Position numbers and translations under genes: made by a program. A stretch of 11,411 bases of DNA from Candidatus Thorarchaeota archaeon (GTDB lineage Archaea > Asgardarchaeota > Thorarchaeia > Thorarchaeales > Thorarchaeaceae), in NCBI GenBank assembly GCA_016839605.1, contig JAEOTX010000035.1, positions 1 through 11,411 on the forward strand, read 5' to 3'. How positions within the stretch are numbered: position 1 is the stretch's first letter; each line of letters starts with the position of its first letter. Below are positions 1 through 5,972 of the stretch, piece after piece. The notes under the pieces were generated by a model. That model was not told the origin of the DNA, did not search any database, and was given only the letters and a program-made list of their open reading frames with translations.

Positions 1-294
1 GTATGATCCTTTCATCACCCTGAGATTCCATGTAGTGACAATATAGACAGTGTATCTCTTCTTGTATTCTCCAATTGTCCACAAGAACAATCCGAAGAAA
101 ATTGCTCCCATGCCAATCCACCAATCCAGCTCATCGTAAGGAACTACACGTGCTGCAACGGCTATGTTGAAGAGCATTCCAATAAAAAGAAAAACTGTGC
201 CTAGGATGTATAGATATAGAAAGCCAGTTCGTGCTGGATGGAAAGTCGCCAGAAGCTTCTCGTGGTCTTCAGGCGCTGTCTGATGCTCTGTCAT
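1..294 (-). CDS. Membrane protein with two TM helices followed by the start of a bacterial PH (bPH_2/YdbS-like) domain; 5' part only, runs off the left edge
   Basis: My translation from ATG at 294 is open for 98 codons to position 1: MTEHQTAPEDHEKLLATFHPARTGFLYLYILGTVFLFIGMLFNIAVAARVVPYDELDWWIGMGAIFFGLFLWTIGEYKKRYTVYIVTTWNLRVMKGSY. Two hydrophobic segments are followed by YTVYIVTTWNLRVMKG, resembling the first strands of bPH_2. An SD-like GGAGAGTGA lies 5 nt upstream of the ATG. Confidence 0.75.
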   Translation of the reverse strand, partial: MTEHQTAPEDHEKLLATFHPARTGFLYLYILGTVFLFIGMLFNIAVAARVVPYDELDWWIGMGAIFFGLFLWTIGEYKKRYTVYIVTTWNLRVMKGSY

Positions 295-343
295 GGGGGT
301 CACTCTCCGTGACCACACTGCACTCTTATCAAGTTGTCGTGAA

Positions 344-994
344 CTATCCGCCAGGAATCAGCGCACCTTTTTCTGGAACAACGCATTTTCCATCTGGAAA
401 CTTCTTCTGAAACAGATTACAGAATGACTTCGGTTTCCTAAAGAGCCAATGCATAGGAATTATTGTTGGGAGTGGGTGACTAAACTTACCAAGCTGTTCA
501 ACAGCAGATTTTGGAGAGGTGGCAACTATGCCGCTTATGGGAAGCGCGAGGAGGTCGAGCTCCTTGTCATGAAATCCATCTAATGTGATTGAATCTCCGA
601 TGTGCCCAAAGGAAAAGCCCTCTGACCTAACAATGACTCCATACACGATAATCCCCCTAAAGAAACCATGCTGCCCTTCCACGAACTCAAGAGTGAAATC
701 ATCAAAGCTTAGCTGTTCACCGAGCTTCGCTTCAACCGCCCTTTCTCGCCATTTGTGTAGCGCTTCAACTACTTGTCCATTGCCAACTAAAACGGCTTCA
801 GGATTTCTTTCAAGAAAGGGACCTACTCCTCTCGTATGATCAAAGTGTTTGTGTGTGCAATAGACCACATCGCCATCTATGTTTCCAGATTCCTTATCAG
901 CTGGATCAATAAGGAGCCTTTTTGTTCCAAGCTGAATGTGGAATCCTGACTGCCCAAGGAATCTGATTTCCGGCCAAACTGATATTCTAGACAC
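344..994 (-). CDS. Metallo-beta-lactamase-fold metal-dependent hydrolase (UPF0173/UlaG-like)
   Basis: FLGQSGF start, LLIDP, THKHFDH (HxHxDH), GQHG, GHIGDS and IPMHW motifs in canonical order. GTG start. Confidence 0.9.
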   Translation of the reverse strand: MSRISVWPEIRFLGQSGFHIQLGTKRLLIDPADKESGNIDGDVVYCTHKHFDHTRGVGPFLERNPEAVLVGNGQVVEALHKWRERAVEAKLGEQLSFDDFTLEFVEGQHGFFRGIIVYGVIVRSEGFSFGHIGDSITLDGFHDKELDLLALPISGIVATSPKSAVEQLGKFSHPLPTIIPMHWLFRKPKSFCNLFQKKFPDGKCVVPEKGALIPGG

Positions 995-1032
995 CCCGCA
1001 CCAAGAGTACTAGACTTCTAAATGCGCTCAAC

Positions 1033-1040
1033 TTTATATT
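1033..1040. promoter_or_regulatory. Putative archaeal TATA box in the divergent intergenic region (TTTATATT / AATATAAA)
   Basis: The clearest AT-rich element between the divergent genes at 994(-) and 1112(+). It reads as TATA-like on both strands, ~40 nt from the MBL start and ~72 nt from the NfeD-like start. Confidence 0.45.
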
Positions 1041-1111
1041 CGTTCGGGAGAATCATACCCCGAGTTTGAGACTATGAAGCCTTCAGACTCGCCCGGGGTG
1101 TACAAACGAGC

Positions 1112-2083
1112 ATGCAGGATATCGTGGTAATTGCAGCCTTGATTAGAGAGATATCATTTGGAATACTACTCATTGGTCTATTCTACACATTTGGAATGTT
1201 CATGATTGGTAGGCTTGTTTCAGCCATCGGCGAGCATGGTACAGACCATGATGTTGAGAAGGAAATTGACCACGATGTCGAACATGATATTGATCACGAT
1301 TACGATATGGAACATGGTGAGATAGAACATGATGTAGATCATGATTATGATATGGATCACATCGACATTGATCATAGTATTGAACACGAGTATGAAGCAG
1401 ACCACGACATAGATGCAGGGTACGACCACGAGATAGGACATGAAGTGGAAAAGGATATTGATCATGGAGTAGACTATGATGTGGACCATGAAGTTGAACA
1501 CGACATTGAGCATGACATTGAGCATGATGTTGAGCATGATATCGAGAAGGATTGGGACCACGAAGTTGACATAGATCATGAACTCGACATGGAGAAGCCT
1601 TCCGGATTCTTCGAGAGTGATAGAGGTGCCCCTCTGGGTGTGACCATTGGGACCTCACTGTTGAGCTTTGGATTCTTTGGATCCATCATATATTACGATG
1701 GCATAGTAATTCCTCTCGAAGGCAAGTTTCTTCTTCATTTTCTGGGAGCTGTTCTTGTAGTATATGCAGTCAGAACCGTTCTCGGGAAGGTGTTTGTTGA
1801 GTCCGGATTCATGATTGAGCCACGTCACCTCGTTGGTAGACACGTTGAGGCAGTTTCAACCGTCAGCGATGAATTTGGCGAAGTTCGAACGGATACTGAT
1901 ATGGGCTTGAGACGCTTTCACGCACGCCCATTCCAAAAGGGGGTCGTCTTCGAGAAAGGCACTGACCTCTATGTGGTATCAGCTAATGAGAAGTTCGTCT
2001 ATGTTGACCCGCGAAAAGAAGCCCTAAAGTGGAGTCATAGGCAAAGTCAGAAACGCCGTGACAGCCAAAAAGAAGCAACCTAG
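1112..2083 (+). CDS. NfeD/YqiJ(YuaF)-like membrane protein with long His/Asp/Glu-rich repeat loop and C-terminal OB-fold-like domain
   Basis: N-terminal hydrophobic helix, low-complexity DH/EH region, two more TM segments (PLGVTIGTSLLSFGFFGSIIYY; FLLHFLGAVLVVYAV), then LVGRHVEAVSTVSDEFGEVR...FEKGTDLYVVSANEKFVYV matching the NfeD C-terminal pattern. It lies directly upstream of an SPFH gene, the established NfeD-SPFH pairing. Confidence 0.8.
   Translation: MQDIVVIAALIREISFGILLIGLFYTFGMFMIGRLVSAIGEHGTDHDVEKEIDHDVEHDIDHDYDMEHGEIEHDVDHDYDMDHIDIDHSIEHEYEADHDIDAGYDHEIGHEVEKDIDHGVDYDVDHEVEHDIEHDIEHDVEHDIEKDWDHEVDIDHELDMEKPSGFFESDRGAPLGVTIGTSLLSFGFFGSIIYYDGIVIPLEGKFLLHFLGAVLVVYAVRTVLGKVFVESGFMIEPRHLVGRHVEAVSTVSDEFGEVRTDTDMGLRRFHARPFQKGVVFEKGTDLYVVSANEKFVYVDPRKEALKWSHRQSQKRRDSQKEAT
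1232..1597 (+). repeat. Degenerate coding tandem repeat, ~12-bp unit encoding [D/E]-H-[D/E]-[I/V/Y]
   Basis: Residues 41-162 contain 22 His and 55 Asp/Glu in 122 aa (hand count). Best-preserved DNA units are at 1496-1543: gaacacgacatt gagcatgacatt gagcatgatgtt gagcatgatatc. Confidence 0.9.
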
Positions 2084-2103
2084 ACATCATTTCTCTGCGC
2101 AGG

Positions 2104-2110
2104 TTTATAT
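2104..2110 (+). promoter_or_regulatory. Putative TATA box (TTTATAT) upstream of the flotillin-like gene
   Basis: Same heptamer as at 1033-1039, 20 nt after the NfeD-like stop, in a 226-bp intergenic gap. Confidence 0.4.
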
Positions 2111-2309
2111 CCTCAGAAAACAAAGGTTACTCAGGTGCGTCTGACCTCAGTGTACTACCATCTGAGCAACGATTTGGCAGGAGATTCGACGGCTAGGACA
2201 GATCAGGGACCGAGTCATCGACTGGGAGACTGACAATGCATATTCAGTGGACAAGAGGCGAACTGAGGCAACTGCACTGAAAACACAATTGTGTGAGTAG
2301 AAAGGAAAA

Positions 2310-3620
2310 ATGCAAGCAGGAATACTTGATTGGTTAGCAGCAAACCCAGCTCTCGCCATCGCGCTGTTTGGCATTCTGGGTATACTTTTGCTATCCTTCT
2401 ATATCGTGAAGTATGTCAGGATTTTTGATCCAAACATCTTCTACGTGCATCTAAGGAAGGGTAAGGCAATAAAGCAAGGGGAAGGCGGCATGGTCATTCG
2501 AATTCCATTTTTGGATAGAATACTGGCTGTGGACAGAACAGTCCAGCAGCTGAACATCTCAGCTGAGTCTGTGCTATCCAAAGAGAAGCAGAAGATTCGG
2601 TTGAGTGCAGTCCTTCAATGGCAGGCGGAAAACGCCATAGCGACTATCAACAACGTGAAGTGGTCAGAGATACCGCCAAGACTCACTGCTATTATTGAGT
2701 CAGTCATTCGTACATCGTGCGCTCAATTGGAAGTCGAGAGCATTCTTGAGGAAAGGCAACTAATCATTGAGGCCATCAAAAAGGAACTAACGGACATAGT
2801 TAGCGAGTGGGGACTCAAAATAGTCACTGTAGAGCTAGTAGATGTCGTAGTGGTCAACGATACTTTCCTGAGAGACATGTCCAAGCCTAGAGAGGCTGAA
2901 ATGCATAGATTAGCTCAGATTGCTATAATCCAAGCCGACCAAGAAACTGGTGTCAAAGACATCGAAAGAACTAGGATGCTAAGGGAAAAGGAGATTGCCC
3001 GTGATCAGCAGATTGGTGTACAGGAGCAGGCTCAGCTACGTGCTATCCAGGAGTCTGAGAAGCAACGTGAGCAGAGTGTACTTGAGATCGCGCTGCAGAA
3101 AGACCTGATGCAGAAACGCTATGAGAAGCAGCAGGCTGAGGTCGATGCTGAGAGAGACCTAGAGGTTGCAAAGTTCTCAGCTGAAGCTGAGAAGCAGAGG
3201 AAAATAAAGCAAGAAGTCGAGGTACAAGCCCAGAGGATTCTGCAGGAAGCTAAAGCTGATGCGGAGAAGATAAGCATGGTAGCCGCGGCTGACGCTGATA
3301 AGATTCTCAAGGTCACTAGTGCTGAAGCTGAAGGTATCAAGAAGACTCTGGCAGCTGCGAAGGACTACACTCCTCAAGCATTCGCAAGAGACTTCCTTGA
3401 GATTCTGCCAAGGATCTATGAGCAAATCGATATCGGAGATATAACCCTCTTCGGAGGTGGAAACGGTTCAGACACTGGTGAGGAAGGTGGAGCCGGGGCT
3501 TTCCAAGTCTTTGGTAACGTACTACTTCCTATGATGCTAATGGCCAGAATGATGGGCTTTGACTTTCAGGGATTGATGAAAGACTCACTCGGAAGCATGG
3601 CTATAGAGAAGGCCGCTTAG
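2310..3620 (+). CDS. Flotillin-like SPFH (Band 7) domain protein with coiled-coil region
   Basis: N-terminal TM helix; SPFH core (GGMVIRIPFLDRI, VLSKEKQKIRLSAVLQWQ, IIESVIRTSCAQL, LTDIVSEWGLKIVTVELVDV); long A/E/K/Q-rich coiled coil with AEAE/ADAE/ADAD motifs; flotillin-like tail (LPRIYEQIDIGDITLFGGG). AAGGA lies upstream of the ATG. Confidence 0.9.
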   Translation: MQAGILDWLAANPALAIALFGILGILLLSFYIVKYVRIFDPNIFYVHLRKGKAIKQGEGGMVIRIPFLDRILAVDRTVQQLNISAESVLSKEKQKIRLSAVLQWQAENAIATINNVKWSEIPPRLTAIIESVIRTSCAQLEVESILEERQLIIEAIKKELTDIVSEWGLKIVTVELVDVVVVNDTFLRDMSKPREAEMHRLAQIAIIQADQETGVKDIERTRMLREKEIARDQQIGVQEQAQLRAIQESEKQREQSVLEIALQKDLMQKRYEKQQAEVDAERDLEVAKFSAEAEKQRKIKQEVEVQAQRILQEAKADAEKISMVAAADADKILKVTSAEAEGIKKTLAAAKDYTPQAFARDFLEILPRIYEQIDIGDITLFGGGNGSDTGEEGGAGAFQVFGNVLLPMMLMARMMGFDFQGLMKDSLGSMAIEKAA

Positions 3621-3642
3621 AGAAAGAAGGCAGTAGGTATCC

Positions 3643-3687
3643 GCCTGGGGATTGAGACATATCTCTCTCCAGGCTATTTCTTTTCTT
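3643..3687 (+). terminator. Stem-loop plus T-rich tract between convergent genes
   Basis: GCCTGGGGA(3643-3651)-TT-GAGA-cata-TCTC-TCTCCAGGC(3666-3674) gives 13 pairs including one G-U, followed by TATTTCTTTTCTT. Confidence 0.65.
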
Positions 3688-3703
3688 GAATACACCTCAT
3701 TCA

Positions 3704-5509
3704 CTACATGCCTTTGTAGCAAGGCTTACCAAGCATTCTGAGAAGTTCTTTTCTCAGACTCAGCTCTTGAATAAAGCCATTCAACTGAACATCACACAGT
3801 CTTATTGTTGGTAGCAGAGGTAATTCATCCTCTGGCAACTCGGCATTGGGATCATCAACATTAATTAATTCTACAACTGACTTAGCAATGCTGAGCTCTT
3901 CCATTACCCGCATCAATAAATCATAAACGGGATCACACCAGAAGCAGTGGGCTGATTTGTAAAACGATATGCATTTCTTGCCCCCGCATGGTAGGTCCGT
4001 TTCATCAGTCCAAGTTGGGAAGACACAGACGAATTTTGCTCCCTTAGTGGAGTCGCCCTCGATGTGGTCTTCTACCCAAATCTGGCCGTTGAGATTGCGA
4101 ACGATGTTATCCGCCAGCGTAAGCCCTAGACCTCTTCCCACTACCTGAGCGTCGGGATGCCCACTTCTCTTGAAAATGAATTCCTTAAGCGGGTCCAAGA
4201 TGCCTGGACCATGGTCAGCGAACTCGATGCGCACTAATCTTGAGTCGATAATCTCTGCATTGATGTCAATCTCTACGATATTTCTCTCATCATACATCGC
4301 AGAATTATGGATAATATTGAACAGGACCTGAGACAGATACTGATGACCTGGGATGAAGAACTCTCCTTCAGCAATGTTAGTATTGACTTTGAGTTCCTTC
4401 CAATGAAAATCGATTCTTACAGATTCGACTGCTGCAACCAGGTGATTGTAGATATCGGTCTTTTCAAGCGGCGGAGGTTGGTCTCTAAGTGTGATGATTG
4501 TCCTCATGTTAGCAATCATTCTAGCGGAGCGTCTCACATTCCACGTTGCTGTCTCCAATTGTGACTGAAGTTCTTCTGGAATTTCCAGCTGCGATTCGAG
4601 AAGACCCATTGCGAAGAGAATCGACTGGTTTATGTTATTGAGGTCGTGAGTCGCGATTTCAAGGTAGAGATTGGCACGTTCCTCTTCCATTCGTTCCCGG
4701 CTCTCAGCAGTCTTCCGTCGGTCAATATCCATAGCCATGAGCCCGATTCGACTGGCCCTTCCCCCCGGCTTGTCTAGAGGGCCTGCTGTGACACTGACCC
4801 AAATAGACTTGCTATCAGCTCTTCTCATTAAGATCTCCACGGCAGTTACTGTTCCACCTTGCAGTATCTCGTCGAAGACAAGCTTCCCGGCCTTACTATC
4901 AATCGGGTCGCCTGGCAGAAATGATTCAATATTCCTTCGTATCATTTGCTCTTCTCTGTATCCTAAAAGCCGCATAGCTGCCTGATTCACTTGGAGTACA
5001 ATGCCTCTGGGGCTCAAGGTGAAATACGCTATCGGCGAAGACTCGAACAATTGCCTATATCGTGATTCCGACTGCTCAATAGCAGCTTCCAATTTGAGTT
5101 GCTGCGTGATGTTTCGAACTATTCCAACCTTGGCTGGGGCACCCTGATACACAAAGTCTGCTAGGCTGATCTCAACCATCACCATGCGACCTGCTTTCGT
5201 GACAAGTCGGATCCGGAGGCTTGGCTTGGATTCAGAAGAGATGTCAGAGCTTTCCGTCTGTTCCTTGTACAAATGAGCCGTAGCTGGGTCCAGAAGACTT
5301 GCAAAGTCTCTCCCAAGGAGTTCGCTCTCCTCAAGTTCAAGTAGCTTGGAAAATGCTGGGTTGACCATTGCAATGCTGTCGTCCTGAATCACCACAACGC
5401 CATCATTTGCCATTTGGAGGATGCTCTTGTACCTATCATTTGTATCAGTATCCTCTTGGGGCTTTTCCTTCGGCAAACAATACACACCCGGCATACAGTC
5501 GATCTGCAC
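3704..5509 (-). CDS. Soluble PAS-PAS sensor histidine kinase with C-terminal thioredoxin/glutaredoxin-like CxxC domain
   Basis: Two PAS/PAC domains (RYKSILQMANDGVVVI...VNPAF...RNITQ; RYRQLFESSPIAYF...VNQAA...MDIDRRK), H-box THDLNN, N-box NIIHNS, G1 DHGPGI, F-box IF, G2 GRGLGL, then a ~95-aa tail with CFWC. No TM segments. The real start may be ATG 5494 or TTG 5476 rather than GTG 5509. Confidence 0.9.
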   Translation of the reverse strand: MQIDCMPGVYCLPKEKPQEDTDTNDRYKSILQMANDGVVVIQDDSIAMVNPAFSKLLELEESELLGRDFASLLDPATAHLYKEQTESSDISSESKPSLRIRLVTKAGRMVMVEISLADFVYQGAPAKVGIVRNITQQLKLEAAIEQSESRYRQLFESSPIAYFTLSPRGIVLQVNQAAMRLLGYREEQMIRRNIESFLPGDPIDSKAGKLVFDEILQGGTVTAVEILMRRADSKSIWVSVTAGPLDKPGGRASRIGLMAMDIDRRKTAESRERMEEERANLYLEIATHDLNNINQSILFAMGLLESQLEIPEELQSQLETATWNVRRSARMIANMRTIITLRDQPPPLEKTDIYNHLVAAVESVRIDFHWKELKVNTNIAEGEFFIPGHQYLSQVLFNIIHNSAMYDERNIVEIDINAEIIDSRLVRIEFADHGPGILDPLKEFIFKRSGHPDAQVVGRGLGLTLADNIVRNLNGQIWVEDHIEGDSTKGAKFVCVFPTWTDETDLPCGGKKCISFYKSAHCFWCDPVYDLLMRVMEELSIAKSVVELINVDDPNAELPEDELPLLPTIRLCDVQLNGFIQELSLRKELLRMLGKPCYKGM

Positions 5510-5518
5510 ATTCCTGAG

Positions 5519-5532
5519 CTTAAGGGGTTTTC
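5519..5532 (-). promoter_or_regulatory. Possible BRE/TATA-like element for the histidine kinase (GAAAACCCCTTAAG on - strand)
   Basis: Purine run followed by TTAAG ~25 nt upstream of ATG 5494, a spacing compatible with a leaderless transcript. Weak match. Confidence 0.3.
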
Positions 5533-5611
5533 ACAACGACCTATGCTTCTTTGAAACGCTCATAATGTTTGCTTGTCTGGTGTCATTCTTATCGGCAAGT
5601 ACCGCCGCATA

Positions 5612-5646
5612 GAAAACATTTTAATAGTTATTCAAATGTTGGAATA
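5612..5646 (+). promoter_or_regulatory. BRE + TATA box (GAAAA-ca-TTTTAATA) overlapped by a 12-2-12 inverted repeat, the putative ArsR/SmtB operator
   Basis: AACATTTTAATA-GT-TATTCAAATGTT at 5615-5640 has 11/12 complementary positions. The TATA element at 5619-5626 lies ~25 nt before ATG 5652. Confidence 0.75.
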
Positions 5647-5648
5647 TT

Positions 5649-5972
5649 GTGATGACGCGAACTTCGAAACAAATTGAAGCTGATCTAGACCAATTAGACG
5701 CTCAAAACATTGCTCGATTATTCAGTGCTCTAAATGATGAGTCAAGAGTCAGAATAGTTCACCTTCTTATGCGGGAGAAGAGAATCTTTGTTTCTGAAAT
5801 AGCGGAGAGAACTGGGCAGCACATCAGCAGTGTGAGTCACCATCTACGAATTCTAAAAGACCTTGGCTTTGTGAAACATGAGCGTCAAGGCAAGAAGGTG
5901 TATCACATGTTGGATGATGACTGCATCAGAGACATCATGGAGAGGGCAAAGGAACATGTTGCTGGAAAGTGA
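5649..5972 (+). CDS. ArsR/SmtB-family metalloregulatory repressor
   Basis: FSALNDESRVRIVHLL, winged HTH (VSEIAERTGQHISSVSHHLRILKDLGFV), wing RQGKKVYH. Directly upstream of a P1B ATPase. Likely start is ATG 5652 (leaderless). Confidence 0.93.
   Translation: MMTRTSKQIEADLDQLDAQNIARLFSALNDESRVRIVHLLMREKRIFVSEIAERTGQHISSVSHHLRILKDLGFVKHERQGKKVYHMLDDDCIRDIMERAKEHVAGK

Noticed and set aside
1026-1070. Imperfect inverted repeats CTCAA...TTGAG and TCGGG...CCCGA near the divergent TATA element
   Set aside because: Arms are only 5 bp with irregular spacing and cannot be distinguished from chance without comparative data.
1232-1597. Repeat region considered as a CRISPR array or non-coding tandem repeat
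   Set aside because: No constant repeat with unique spacers. Variation falls largely at synonymous or conservative positions of an in-frame coding repeat.
1200-1658. Antisense ORFs 1200-1658 (His-rich) and 1220-1579 (hydrophobic M/I/V/N-rich)
   Set aside because: Shadows of the GAN-CAY-GAN-RTY repeat, which lacks stop codons in these frames. The + strand frame has the coherent NfeD architecture.
2166-2309. 44 open codons in frame with flotillin, separated by TAG 2298-2300 (possible pyrrolysine/readthrough extension)
   Set aside because: No convincing start codon, bounded by TGA at 2163, and ATG 2310 has its own purine-rich RBS followed by a normal N-terminal TM helix.
2147-2374. 75-aa minus-strand ORF in the nfeD-flotillin gap
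   Set aside because: It overlaps the flotillin 5' end antisense and has no recognisable motif or initiation signal.
5878-5955. Longer ATPase N-terminus from ATG 5878, containing CITC
   Set aside because: It would overlap arsR by 95 nt. ATG 5956 gives a more usual short overlap, and the extra CxxC is probably incidental.
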